64,000 bases of DNA, from positions 576,001-640,000 of the forward strand of contig OZ252100.1 in the NCBI GenBank assembly GCA_965248435.1, written 5' to 3'. The position numbers were made by a program, and so were the translations under genes. Positions 20,217 to 33,642 of the stretch are shown piece after piece. Each line of letters opens with the position of its first letter. The first letter of the stretch is position 1. The notes below the pieces were generated by a model. That model was not told the origin of the DNA, did no database searches, and saw nothing but the letters and a program-made list of their open reading frames with translations. Source of the stretch: Candidatus Latescibacterota bacterium. Its GTDB lineage: Bacteria; Latescibacterota; UBA2968; GCA-2709665.

Positions 20217-20538
20217 CAGGGAACCTAATTGAAAAAGATAAGTTAATTGAATATAGGCGTTTTAAACACGACAGAAAAGGGCTTTCTCCCTGAATAAGCC
20301 CCTGAAAAACCCGTGAATATCATCGCTTTCACCCCGTCGCGTTTCCCATTTCCCCTTGATCTTTCCGGGGGGTTGGGGTATATATATTTGACCACTTTTC
20401 CAGGCAGCATCTCCACGCATTCTTTCCCGAGAAGCTTGATCCACCTCACCGAATCTCGCATTCCGGTGAAGGCTTTCGTCCGGAGAGGCAATTCTTGATC
20501 AGGGCCTGGCCTTCACATTCTTTCGACCCCCGGCCGAC

Positions 20539-23500
20539 TTGAAAAGTAAAAAGGTCAATCAGCTCATTAAGGCATTTGCCAGGAGTGGGCGGATTTTGCC
20601 CAGTGTGAGCCGCTTTCCTCGGGCTTCAGGCTGGGTCCCGTCTGTCCTTCTGGTAACGGGAATCTTGACCTTCGGACGGCCCGCCGACGTTCGGGGCGGT
20701 AGCCCAGAGATTCGTGTCCCTTCAGAACATCCAACGCTCCAAAATTTCCTGATTTCAATCAAGAAGAAATCGACTCGGCGCGCCCGGTCGAACCGATTGA
20801 TCGACACTGGCGTGCGCCTGCTCAACGGGGACCTCCAAACCGTGCTCTTTTACGAAGAGGTGGGTGGCGAAGTTACCGGCCTCCCCGTTCTCCTCTCTCT
20901 GCAAGAATTCGTGTCCTACAAGCACGCAAGAGACCGCCGGCGACTGCTTGATGAAGGTCTGGGCAAGGAGGTAAGGAGGGTGCCTGGCGAAGCAGGGGGG
21001 CTCCTCGACATCAAAATCCCGGTAAAAGTGCCAAAAGGTCTGAGCATGATCACCGGAGAAGGTGATACAGATATACGAATAACAGGCTCCCGTCGGATCG
21101 ACCTCTCCGGCCTCAGCAACTACACCGTGGGTCAGGCACAGACCGCACGCGGGCGAAATTCCAAGTTCCCGAGCATCAACTTTCAACAGGAGTCTCAGCT
21201 GAGTGTCCAGGGTACGATCGGAGAGCGGATCACCATCGGGCTAGAGCAGAATAGCCGCAGCCAACAAGACATTACGGAATCTCTGAGAATCAGATACGAC
21301 GGTGATGAAGACGGGATCATCCAGGAAATCGAAGCTGGGAGCACATCATTGTCCCTGCCTGGCACGCGGCTCGTCGGGTTCTCTCAGGGTCGCGGCGGCC
21401 TGTTCGGGATCAAGGCCAGGGGCCGCCTGGGGGGGTTGAACCTGACCGTTGTCACCACACAGGACAAGGGGTCGAGCAATCGGAAGACCTTTCAAGGGCA
21501 GTCAGAAGAGTTCGCAACGGAGGTTCGCGATTACCAATTCCTGGAAGATACCTATTTCTTTCTGGACAGCGTACATCGAAATCCGTTTCCGAACAATCCC
21601 CCCGAACGCGATCTCGTGGACATCAGTTCGATACGCGTCTTTATCAACGACTTCAACGATCTCAACGACATTGAACAGCGAGCCAACCCGGGCATTGCCT
21701 ATGCCCTGTGGACCGATGACGGCAGCCCGATCACCGACCTCGACTTTTCGACAAGCGGGCGAGTCGAAGAGGGATCGTTTCACGAGCTGGATCGTGATCG
21801 GTTTTTCGCAGATGCGCGGGGCTATCTCATCATGCGATCGGGGCGGGTGAACCGCGGATTCGCACTCGGCGTTGCCTATCGCACCCTGGATGGACGTGAC
21901 TTTGGCGACCTCGGTTTCATCCCCGATCCCGGGAACCCCAACGCAAGGGTCGAACTCAAGCTCATCAAGGCGAGGCAACAAAGGCCTGATTATCCCACGT
22001 GGGACCTCTCGTGGCGAAACGTCTACGGGCTCGCCGGAAGACAGATCGAGCCCGAAGGATTTGAGCTCCGCATCTTTCGGGAGGTTTCCGGTCAGCAACC
22101 CCTGGACAACCAGGGCGGCGTGCCCTACCTGCAGATCTTCGGACTGGACACGCACACCAATGGGTCATCGGCCTCCTCCCCCCCCGATAACCTGATCGAT
22201 ATCGATGGGGGCAATAACCTCCCTGGGCTCAACCTGGCGCTCGGCCACCTCGTGTTTGCCGATCTGGAACCGTTCGGAGACAGGGGTGTGGGGGCCGACG
22301 ATCTGGACAATGACACCCGGGTGCCTGATATCTACACGACCACGAACAGCACGACGCGGAGCGAGAAGAGCAAATTCATCCTGCGCATTCGGTCCAGGAG
22401 TCAGGCGACGCAGTACAACCTGGGTTTCGGAATCATAGAGGGCAGCGAAGAGGTGATTCTGAACAATCAACGACTGGTCCGGGGCAAGGATTACAGGATC
22501 GAGTATTCTTTTGGAAGGATCCAATTCCAGGGAAATGCCGCAGACCTCGTGTCAGACCCCTCAGCAAATCTGAGGATCAACTACGCATCCAGAAACCTCC
22601 TGGGTATTGGCGGATCGAAGAGCCTCCTCGGCATCCGGGCCGAGCATCCGCTTGGAGGCAACCAGTCGCTGCTGGGCATGACGCTGCTCTACAGCAACCA
22701 GGGAAGCGCGCAACAGCGCGTGCGTGTGGGTGAAGAGCCGGCGCGGACGTTGATTTGGGACACGAATGCAAGACTGCGCTTCCGGCCCCGGATGATGACC
22801 GATCTCGTGAATAGACTCCCCTTCATCACGACGGATGCGCCCTCCAGCCTCGACATCGACGTCGAAGTTGCACAGAGCCTGCCCAACCCGAACACGAAGG
22901 GCGTGGCCTACATCGACGACTTCGAAGGGGCGCAGAACAGGCTGGGCTTCGGCATCTCCAAGCTCGGGTGGTCTCGCGCCAGCACTCCAACCCGAAACTC
23001 AAGCAAGTTGACGACACCACAGGCCAGGTTGACTTGGTACAACCCCGTCCGGAACGACCGGATCTCGATATTCCAGATCCAGCCGAATCGAGAAGACATC
23101 CCCATCGATCAGGCCATCGTGGACATCCTGGTGCTTCGGTTCGAACCCCAGCTAACGAACGGCTTTCCGGTGACGACCCGAAATCAGGACGAGGGAACCC
23201 CGGTGGAGTCCTGGGGCGGAATCGAGCGACATCTCGGCGGCTTCGACCTCTCCCGCTCCAAATTCATCGAGCTCTGGGTCAGGGGGAATGCCGGACGGAT
23301 GCACATCGATCTGGGAGAAATTTCGGAGCGGGTCAGCCTCCCGCTCGACCACATCCCACTGAACGCACCCCCATCAGGCTTTCGCACGGAAGATACAGAG
23401 CTGCCCGGTCTGGGAATCGGCGACCAACTGGCCACGCCCGAAGAGGATATCGGACTCGACGGCCTCACGGATGCCCAGGAAGACTCGGTCTTCAAACGGA

Positions 23501-26500
23501 TCTATGGAGAAAATATTCCTGTGCCTTCCGATCCATCGGGGGACAACTTTTCTGATGTTGACTTCAGCCAAACCGACAACATTACGCTCAGGTATCCCCC
23601 CAGCGTCAACGGAACCGAGGGAAACAACCGGGAACGGGACGCCCTCCCAGACACGGAAGACCTGAATCGAAACGGGATTCTGGACGTCACCAACAGATAT
23701 CTGCGCTACAGCGTCGACCTGGCGACCGACCGGGGTTTAAACCCCTCCACGGGCCTGTTTGACGGCCCGATCCTCCGAGTTGAGGGCACCCGATCCGATT
23801 CAACGAATCTCTCCTGGAGGCTCCTGCGAATCCCACTCAGGGGCAAAGGCGCGCCCCGGACATTAGAGGGGGCAGCAGACACGTCGTTTGCGGATGCCAT
23901 CGACTTTGCCCGTCTCTGGCTGGAACACGACGAGAGCACATTCATGCAGGTCTTCGCATTTGACGTCGTGGGCAGCAACTGGCTGGAGAACCCGACGCCG
24001 TCCCGGTCCGGAGACTTTGGCGTAACCAGCATCGGAACCGACAACGCCGTATACGAGTCCCCGCCGGACATCAAGCTGGAGAAAGACGCACAGACCGGCC
24101 TGCAGCTGCTCGAACGGTCCCTCGCCCTTGAATTTGAAGACCTCTTTCCGGGTGATCGGGTCTCCGCCTCACGGGCGCTGTTCCAGGGCCAGAACTACAC
24201 CCAATATGGCTCGATGGCCATGGATGTGCACGGGGGCAACCCCAGCAGTCCGACCTACGAGACGAACTTCCCGGCCGTCGAAGACAGCGCGTCTGTAGGT
24301 GCCAGTCCTGTAGAACTGTTCATCCGGTTCGCACCCATCACCGACGACACACTGAACATCTACGAGTACCGGCTACCCATCTACAGGGGCTGGGCGCCGG
24401 AGGTGAACCGAGTGGAGATCGACCTGGAGCTGATGTCGCAGCTGAAAGGTCAGCTCTCAGACCTGAAGGCATCGGGTGCCGCTGCCGACACGGTCACTCT
24501 ATCCCTCTCATCAGGAGAGTTCGCTGCTCGATTCGATGCAGCAGGGAACAGCATCGAGACCCTGGATCGGAACGGTAAAACCTATTTCGTGCGGGGGAAC
24601 CCGGCCCTTTCGAGCATCAAATCTTTCACGATCGGGGTTCAGAATAGAGGAGAGTTCATCCTGACAGGAGAAAATGAAATCTGGTTGGACGAACTCAGAG
24701 TAGACGATATCCGCAAGAAACGGGCGATTTCTGGAATCCTCAATGTCCAGGCAAAGCTGGCCGACCTGGGTAGATTGTCCCTCGAGCTCGAGCGGCGCAG
24801 CGGTGACTTCCAGGACCTACAGGGTCGCGCTTCCGGCAACACGACCGAGAGGCTCCGTTTGGGCGGTCAGCTGAATCTCAATAAATTCCTGCCGACTTCC
24901 TGGAACACCTCGATCCCGGTGAGGTTCAACTACAATCGATCTACATCGATACCACGAATCAGACCCGGGTCCGATATCGTCCTCACCTCAGAGCAGCGGA
25001 AGGACGAAAGCAACGTTCAGTCTCAGTCCCTGTTCAACATATCCCTAAGAAAGCGCGCCGCACCGAGGGATTCAGGCCTTTTCGCACGGCTTTTCTTCGA
25101 CAGGATAAGTGCATCCATGAACCTCGGAAAGAACAATTCCGAGAGCGGCGCGATCACGCGCAGAAGAATCAGCGAGACCGAGAACCTGACCGGAACGTTC
25201 TCTTATGATCTGGGCAAACCCCTACAGAGATCCGTGCGCCTCTTCAAATGGTTTCCCCTCTTCAAAAGAGTCAAGCGGACGGAGCTCTTCTACATCCCGT
25301 CAAACATCCGATACACGACACGGTTCACACGAAACCTGAATGATCAGCGTTCCTTTTCGGCTGCCGCGGGGGATACGTCCGATCTTACCGAAACTGGTCG
25401 TGAGGCGTTCAGCATGAACGAGAACTATACCGTTCAGTTCAAGCCATTGAGGACGTTGAGCGCGGACTATAAACTCGACCTGAGTCGGGACCTTCGAAAC
25501 GGGTTCGCCTTTTCCAGCCTCCAGTTCGGACGGGAAACGAATCGCAGCCAGAACCTCACGCTCAAATACACTTCGCGGGTCTTCACCTGGATCAACCTTA
25601 CCACGCAGTTCAGTGCTAATTATCGTGAGAGTTTCGAGACGGGCGGTCAGGCTTCCACCTACGGAAACGAGCGCAGGGGCTTGAAGGTCAACAGCAGCAA
25701 GAGCACGAACGCGCAGGCGAGTTTTAACCTCCCCGTCCTGATTCAGAAGCTCAAAGGCAAAAAGAAGGCCGAGGGTTTCTCCATCCGCCAACTCGTCGGC
25801 AGAATGGGGTCTTCACTCCAGCCGTTGTCGATCAGGGGCTCTCAAACGAATTCTTTTAACCTCTTCGGTCTCAAGAAAAGGCCCCCGCTGATGTTTCAGT
25901 TCGGATTCACGGACACCGCGATCGTCGATCGATTCGGCTCGGGCGGCGTGACCCGTGTAGACACACGGGTCCTTTCGGACAAGGCGAGTTTCACGAGCGG
26001 GGTCAGGCTTCCGCGGGGTCTTAACGTCCAGACAACCGGCAACTACAGTCGCAGTAGAAACTTCGGCAACGCGAATACCGTACAGGAGACGATCACCCTG
26101 CCCCAGGTCTCCGTGACCTGGAGAGGGATAGAGAAGCTCCCCCTACTGCGCGCCGTATTGGCCAGTTCAAGCGTCAATTTCAACTTAAGGAAGGTTCACA
26201 CCCAGAGCGGAGAGGGAGGGCTGGACACACTCTCCATTACAAACGACAGCCGAAACACCGCCTACAATCCCCTCTACGCATGGCAGGCCAGATGGAAGAA
26301 TCAGATGTCCATGAATATCAGGGGAAATCGAAGTGAGCAGACGGCGCTCCGATACCAGCGCAACGTGGGAGGCGGCACCGAGACTCCACCCGGACTCCAG
26401 GATCGGCTGATCGGGACGACCGTTACAACCGGGTCCGGTATGCAGGGCAATCTGAGCTACAGCTTTAAGCCCCAATTCTTGAAGACCCTCAGGAGCAACA

Positions 26501-26759
26501 TCAACCTCGACCTGAACTACACCCAATCCTCGAGTCAACAGAAGGAGATCCCTAGGACGACAGCCCTTGACGAGCCGGCGGAACCGGTGATCCGGCGCGA
26601 TGACAGCACCTGGTCAGCGAGTCTCCAGGCACAATACCAATTCAGCAGCAGCTTCACGGGGGGAGCCGGTTCCGTCACGAAAGCCGTAGAGACCAGCTTC
26701 GCGATTTGACGAACAAGGTCTGGGAGTTTCGCCTTTGGGGCGAGATCCGTTTTAATTGA
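20539..26759 (+). CDS. sprA: SprA/Sov-family large outer-membrane beta-barrel (T9SS translocon homolog), frameshifted near 26660
   Basis: Over 2000 aa with EAGSTSLSLP, AYIDDFEG, LPDTEDLNRNG, WRLLRIPL and EIWLDELRV motifs. The shifted frame ends ...EFRLWGEIRFN, resembling a beta-signal. Start uncertain. Confidence 0.85.
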
Positions 26760-26779
26760 TCAACCCCCAGGGAATCTTT

Positions 26780-27166
26780 ATGTTCTCATTCAATCGAAAC
26801 GAACAGATCGTGATTCTCCTCCTAACTGGAACGCTCCTTGTGGGTGGCGTCGTGCGGCTTCTGGATCACTACCTGGACGGCGGATTGCCCGACTTTGAGG
26901 TCCGGAAAGCGGCGGTCCCTGTCCCGACAGAACTGTCCGAAGCCGGTTCCGAACCCACCACACCCGAGCCTATCGACCTGAACACGGCAACGGCGGAGGA
27001 ACTGGATCTCCTCCCAAGGATCGGGCCGCGAACGGCGGCCAGAATCATCGACCACCGCGAAAGTTTTGGGCCCTTTCAGCGCGTGGAAGACCTGGAAGGG
27101 GTGAGAGGCATCGGAAAGAAGACCATAGAAGAACTCAGACATCTCGTCGTGGTTTCGGAACCGTGA
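26780..27166 (+). CDS. comEA: ComEA-family helix-hairpin-helix DNA-binding protein
   Basis: IDLNTATAEELDLLPRIGP and VRGIGKKT motifs; N-terminal TM helix. Confidence 0.85.
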   Translation: MFSFNRNEQIVILLLTGTLLVGGVVRLLDHYLDGGLPDFEVRKAAVPVPTELSEAGSEPTTPEPIDLNTATAEELDLLPRIGPRTAARIIDHRESFGPFQRVEDLEGVRGIGKKTIEELRHLVVVSEP

Positions 27167-28115
27167 GCAGAGTTACGGGTATCCACGTCTCAGGGCGTAT
27201 CCTCCGTCTTGTCTGTCTGGAAGCCGGTCCGGACGGTCTCCACCTGCGCGCCCTACTTGAAGCAAGCCTGCCGCTGGAGTTTCGGTCCGAAGTACTCCGG
27301 GATCCGAATGCCAGGAATGGGCTTGTGAAGGGCATTGAAGAGACCGTCTCTTCGATCGATGAAGATCTTGGAGTAGTGGTCACCTGCCTGAATGGCGGAC
27401 TCTACCACATTCAGAAGGTCCCTCTTGAAGTCGCTTCCGCAGAGGACCAGAGGGACCAGATCGACTGGGAGGCCTCGCAGGCCTTGATTTCCCCCCGAGT
27501 CGACTACATTGTAGACTTCTACCCCGCAGGTCGGGTCGCGTTCTGGGTCGCGCTCAGAAGGGAAGTCGTGGACCTTTGTACAGACATTTATGCATCCGCG
27601 GGGATCTCGGTGAGCCTCTTTCAAGTGGAGCCGATCGCCCTGTTTTATGCCTGTCAGATGGCAGGCGTTTGGACAGGCGACCCCAGGGCAGCCATCCTGA
27701 TTGGAAATCCGTGGCTTTCTTTTATAGCGGCGAAGAATACGACGCTCACGGCGGCCGAAACGGTATCCGTAGACTGCCGCCTTCCTGATGAGCCGTTTGA
27801 GAAAAACGGTCGGGGCCCACGCGTCCTGGAGCAACAAGGGCGATTCGAGATCACCAGGCAGTGGATCTACGGCGACCTGTCTCCGGATCTTCGCCGCCCG
27901 ATCTATGAGGAAGTCTTCTTCTGTGGAGAACAAGAGCAGACGCTGCCGCTCGTAAGACTGTTCGAAAACGAGACGCCAAAGATGAGGGCCCTTAACCCAC
28001 TTTCAGCTTGCGAGGTTGAAGGCCTCAAAGCGTCGAACCGTCAATTTCTCCGCCACGAGAGCAGCTTCAGCATCGCTGCGGGCTTGGCCTACAGAGGATT
28101 AGAAAGGGATTCATC

Positions 28116-28119
<4 letters not shown>
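27163..28119 (+). CDS. Divergent PilM-like (actin-fold) protein
   Basis: N-terminal TGIHVSG, QIDWEASQ, VEPIALF, VFFCGE and FSIAAGLAYR resemble PilM segments. Confidence 0.55.
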
Positions 28120-29625
<1,506 letters not shown>

Positions 29626-30765
29626 ATGGCTCAAGTTCTCCAGGATTGGTTGACACTGCTTTCCGTACCCGGCCTGGGCCCAACCGCTTTTGCAGAACTA
29701 CTTCAACGGTTCGAAACGCCCGGGGACGTCCTTCAGACCCCCTATAGCCGGCTGCGCCAGGACTCTGGCATTCCCGACGACGTCGCGAGCGCCATCGCGG
29801 AGCGCCAAGATCCGGCGTGGGCTGAGCGTCAGATCGACACTGCCTCGCGTGAATCGATCCAAATCCTCACCTTCTCTGATCCGGAATACCCACAACTTCT
29901 GAATCAGATCCACGCCCCTCCCCCGATCCTCTTTGTGAAAGGGGACGTCTCTCTCCTATGCGAACCCACGGTTGCAGTTGTCGGTTCGCGCTCCTTTACG
30001 ACATACGGTCGCGACAACGCACGCCACTTCGCCGGCCAGCTTGCAGCGCGCGGGGTCACAGTTATCAGCGGCATGGCCAAGGGCATCGATGCAGAGGCCC
30101 ATCGCGGCGCCCTGGCAGTCGATGGCCACACGGCCGCCGTCCTGGGAAGCGGACTCGACCATCCCTACCCGTCCCAGAACCTGCAGCTGTTCGAAGAGAT
30201 CTGCGAACGAGGTGTCGTCGTCTCCGAATTCCCCCTCGGCACACGCCCCGAGCCCCACAATTTCCCACGACGCAACCGGGTCCTCAGCGGCCTCAGCCTG
30301 GGTGTCCTCGTCGTTGAAGCCGGAGACCGGAGCGGCGCGCTCATTACGGCCCGGCACGCCCTCGAACAGAACAGGGAGGTCTTTGCCGTACCCGGACCGA
30401 TCCATTCCGGAAGGAGTTTTGGAACGCATCAGCTCATCAAGCAGGGCGCGGTTCTGGTGGAACAGATCGAGGACATCCTCTCTGAACTCAATTCGTCGCT
30501 GCCCCTGACCAGACTAAGACCGGCCTTGACGCTGTCTCCGGTTTGCGAGCAGGGGCTTTCCAACGAGGAGATCAAGGTCCTTGACTGTCTCACCGCGAAC
30601 GAGCCTCACCACATCGACGTCATATCGACCGAAGCCGACTTCACGGTCGAGAAGGCCCTCGGGATTCTCCTCGGCCTTGAGCTATCGGACTTTGTGGAGC
30701 AGCTTCCGGGGAAACGGTTCGTGCTTAAGAGGACGGCGAACCTCGGACCACAGACGGCGAGATGA
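29626..30765 (+). CDS. dprA: DNA-processing protein DprA
   Basis: VAVVGSR, ISGMAKGIDAEAH, FPRRNR and SGALITA motifs. Confidence 0.95.
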   Translation: MAQVLQDWLTLLSVPGLGPTAFAELLQRFETPGDVLQTPYSRLRQDSGIPDDVASAIAERQDPAWAERQIDTASRESIQILTFSDPEYPQLLNQIHAPPPILFVKGDVSLLCEPTVAVVGSRSFTTYGRDNARHFAGQLAARGVTVISGMAKGIDAEAHRGALAVDGHTAAVLGSGLDHPYPSQNLQLFEEICERGVVVSEFPLGTRPEPHNFPRRNRVLSGLSLGVLVVEAGDRSGALITARHALEQNREVFAVPGPIHSGRSFGTHQLIKQGAVLVEQIEDILSELNSSLPLTRLRPALTLSPVCEQGLSNEEIKVLDCLTANEPHHIDVISTEADFTVEKALGILLGLELSDFVEQLPGKRFVLKRTANLGPQTAR

Positions 30766-30855
30766 ATAACGCGATCGTTGGTGTTTTGAGCGGTCTGTAG
30801 TCTGCCGTCGTGGCTAGCTTCTTTTTTGCACCACGGCACACTTCCTTAGGCCACT

Positions 30856-30885
30856 AAAAAACCCTCCGTCAATCAAGACGAAGGG
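30856..30885 (-). terminator. Rho-independent terminator of lexA
   Basis: Minus strand reads CCCTTCGTC-TTGATT-GACGGAGGG-TTTTTT. Confidence 0.75.
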
Positions 30886-30918
30886 CCAAACAGGTTTCCA
30901 GACCAGAGGCTGGAGGAC

Positions 30919-31548
30919 TCAGAGGCGACGCATCAGGCCGACGATTTTCCCCGCTATCCGAAAGGCCTCGCGATGTACATCGACCACGATCGGTTCGAAC
31001 GCCTCGTTCTCGGGGACAAGGCGCACGCGGCGCCCCTCCCGATAGTAACGCTTGACCGTGGCCTCCTCGCCGATCACCGCCACGACGATGTCGCCCGACT
31101 CCGCGTTCTCCTGCTGCCTGGCGAGCACATAATCTCCATCCAAGATCCCCGCGTTCCGCATGCTCTCCCCCCTCACGTGAAGCGCAAAGACTGTTTCGGA
31201 AGGAAGAAAAGAGCTGTCGACAACGAGCGTCCCCTCCAGATTCTCCTGGGCTAAAATCGGTTCGCCCGCGGCCACTCGGCCAATCACTGGAACCTCCCGG
31301 ACCTCTGTCGTCTGGGAAACCTCTCGTTCCACGTAGTCGGTCAGTTCGATGCCGCGGGAGAGCATCGGCCTCCGCCGGATATACCCCTTCTTTTCGAGGG
31401 CGGCAAGTGTGGTTCTAACCCCATTTGTGGAGGCGATCCGAAACGCTTCCATGATTTCCCGAATCGTAGGCGGGAATCCCTTATCCCGAATCGACTCCGC
31501 CACAAATTCGAAGATTTCGCTCTGTCTGTCCGTCAATTTTCCGCGCAT
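30919..31548 (-). CDS. lexA: SOS repressor LexA
   Basis: GFPPTIREI HTH, VAAG cleavage site, GESM catalytic Ser and TVKR catalytic Lys. Confidence 0.95.
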   Translation of the reverse strand: MRGKLTDRQSEIFEFVAESIRDKGFPPTIREIMEAFRIASTNGVRTTLAALEKKGYIRRRPMLSRGIELTDYVEREVSQTTEVREVPVIGRVAAGEPILAQENLEGTLVVDSSFLPSETVFALHVRGESMRNAGILDGDYVLARQQENAESGDIVVAVIGEEATVKRYYREGRRVRLVPENEAFEPIVVDVHREAFRIAGKIVGLMRRL

Positions 31549-31610
31549 TGCAGAACCCCCGGAGATGGAACTGATCCGCGTGGTGGGCGCCCCCACTAGG
31601 TGCACGTTTG

Positions 31611-31639
31611 AATATAGTGCACATAAGTGCAATCGTCAA
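31611..31639 (-). promoter_or_regulatory. lexA sigma70 promoter with an SOS box TGCAC-ATAA-GTGCA (31618-31631) in the spacer
   Basis: Minus strand reads TTGACG-N17-TATATT. The palindrome matches the Fibrobacter-type LexA box TGCNC-N4-GTGCA. Confidence 0.8.
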
Positions 31640-31782
31640 GCTGCAATTTTCAAAACCGGTTGAAAAATAACGAGATCCTTAGACTCCCTCCCCTCGCGGC
31701 ACCCAACCCCTAGAACCGTTTTCCTACACTACTTTTGTTGCAACTACTTGTATGACAAAAGGTTATTTCAGCGACAAACGGC

Positions 31783-31810
31783 TTGACAGGGGGTTGCGCG
31801 CCAGTATATT
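31783..31810 (+). promoter_or_regulatory. sigma70 promoter for the hypothetical / TIM-barrel / PqqD operon
   Basis: TTGACA-N16-TATATT. Confidence 0.55.
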
Positions 31811-31859
31811 TAGACATTCCCGAATCAAAGGAGCTCGATCGAGCCCATTGGAGAAGGAT

Positions 31860-32828
31860 TTGAAACGGCTGAGCTATTCCGAATGGACGAACTTTGGCTG
31901 GGAAGGGGCATTCCTGCACATCCCTCGGGCGTGGAATCCAGGCAGTATTACGGGCGACAGAAAATCTGGCAGCGTCCGTCTGGATGATCGAAAGATGGCA
32001 AGGCTGGAGTTCGAGTGGAGGGAGGCGAGGGGCGATGATGAGTTGGGACGGCTCGTGGACCGCTACATCGAGGGCCTGGCCAAGAAGGCTCAAAAGGCGG
32101 GAAAGTCCCTGAATGTGGAACGACATCCTGAATCCCTCGGCCTCAATCTCCCAGACATGCGCTCAGTCGAGGCATTCAGCTGGGAATCTGAATTCCGGGT
32201 CACCACCCTGGCCTGCTACAGCCAAAAAAGCGACCGGGTGTTCTTCCTTCGAGCAATGGGGCATCCAGAAGAAGATCTCAGCGAACTCCTGCAGAAGCTC
32301 TTTAATTCGCTCCTCGATACTGCTCCTGAGGCCCCCAAACTTTGGGCACTCTACGATCTTGAGTTCACTTCCCCTTCAGGATACGATCTGGAGGGCTACG
32401 ACCTCAAGTCGGGTCATATCAAACTTAGTTTCCGGAAAGGTCGGAATCTGCTTCAGCTGGACCGGGTCAGCCTCGCAGAAATCCTGCTTCGGACACAGGC
32501 GCTTTCGAATTGGTACCGAGAGTTCTTCAAGAAAGACCTTCGTCACTACGACTTTGAAATAGGAGACGGTTCGGTCAGGGGGCATTCGGCACTGTCTGTC
32601 AAGGGTAGACCCAAAAGCCGAATTCGAGGCCTGCTTCGACCGCTGCCCGTCTGGAACGTACAGCCCCGATTCAACCTCGATGGCCGGGCCTGGTCCTGCG
32701 AGACATCGAACAAGATCTTTGTCCTGCACGCGTTTTGGAAAGATCAGGAGTCAGTGACGGACCTCTGTGACAGCTGCAGCGCGCTCCTCTGCCACCTGGA
32801 AGATGGCCGGTCCATTCGATCAGGATAA
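31860..32828 (+). CDS. Hypothetical protein
   Basis: Long ORF with a TTG start after AAGGA, downstream of the promoter. No recognisable motif. Confidence 0.7.
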   Translation: MKRLSYSEWTNFGWEGAFLHIPRAWNPGSITGDRKSGSVRLDDRKMARLEFEWREARGDDELGRLVDRYIEGLAKKAQKAGKSLNVERHPESLGLNLPDMRSVEAFSWESEFRVTTLACYSQKSDRVFFLRAMGHPEEDLSELLQKLFNSLLDTAPEAPKLWALYDLEFTSPSGYDLEGYDLKSGHIKLSFRKGRNLLQLDRVSLAEILLRTQALSNWYREFFKKDLRHYDFEIGDGSVRGHSALSVKGRPKSRIRGLLRPLPVWNVQPRFNLDGRAWSCETSNKIFVLHAFWKDQESVTDLCDSCSALLCHLEDGRSIRSG

Positions 32829-32829
32829 C

Positions 32830-33630
32830 ATGCCTTTCAAATTTGCTTACAGCACGATCAGGTGGAGAGAGCCGGACCTGGAAGCGGCCCTCGCGGAGGT
32901 GAAAAAGGCCGGGTGGGATGGCTGGGAAGGCCGCCTGCCGCTGGATCACCTCGGCACCTCCACTCACCTCCGCCGGATCTGTCAGAACATCGGCTTGCCG
33001 CTTGTCGTACTAAGCTCAGACGGGCCTCCCGAAAGGCGTGAGGCCGAACACGTGGAGCGCAACAAGCGCCGCATTGATTACGCTGCAGAGATGGAAGTCG
33101 ACTGCTTCATGACCATAGGCGGCTCGAGGTCAAAAGGCGTGAGAGTAACGGAGGAGGACCTCAGGCGGGTCGCTGAGGGTGCCGAAGTATGGGCGGACTA
33201 CGCGTCTCAGTATGCGCTTGAGGTCTGTTATCACATCCACACCAATACGCTGGTGGATTCAAGGGCCGACCTGGCATTTTTTATGCAGCAGGTGGAGAAG
33301 ACCAGGCTTTGTATCGATGTCTCCCACGCAGAGCTCTGGGGCTACGATCCCTCCAATGCCATCCGTGATTATCGCAACGCGCTGAATTACGTTCACCTGC
33401 AGGACTTCGCGTCCAGTTCGCGCGAGGAAGATGGCACCTACATCGTGACCTGGGCCGACGTGGGTGAGGCACAGAACGTAGATTTTCCAGTCGTTTTGTC
33501 GACGCTGGAAGAGATTGGATTCAAGAGGTGGATCACCTGCTGTCCCGGTGAGCCTCTCCTTGACGATCCCTGCAGCGATGCGAGGCGAAGCAAAGGTATG
33601 CGGGAATATCTCAGAAAACTCGGATACTGA
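32830..33630 (+). CDS. Sugar phosphate isomerase/epimerase (TIM barrel, IolE/AP-endonuclease 2 family)
   Basis: GWDGWE, CYHIH, CIDVSH, YVHLQD and VDFPVVL motifs. Confidence 0.8.
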   Translation: MPFKFAYSTIRWREPDLEAALAEVKKAGWDGWEGRLPLDHLGTSTHLRRICQNIGLPLVVLSSDGPPERREAEHVERNKRRIDYAAEMEVDCFMTIGGSRSKGVRVTEEDLRRVAEGAEVWADYASQYALEVCYHIHTNTLVDSRADLAFFMQQVEKTRLCIDVSHAELWGYDPSNAIRDYRNALNYVHLQDFASSSREEDGTYIVTWADVGEAQNVDFPVVLSTLEEIGFKRWITCCPGEPLLDDPCSDARRSKGMREYLRKLGY

Positions 33631-33642
33631 ATCAGGCACACA

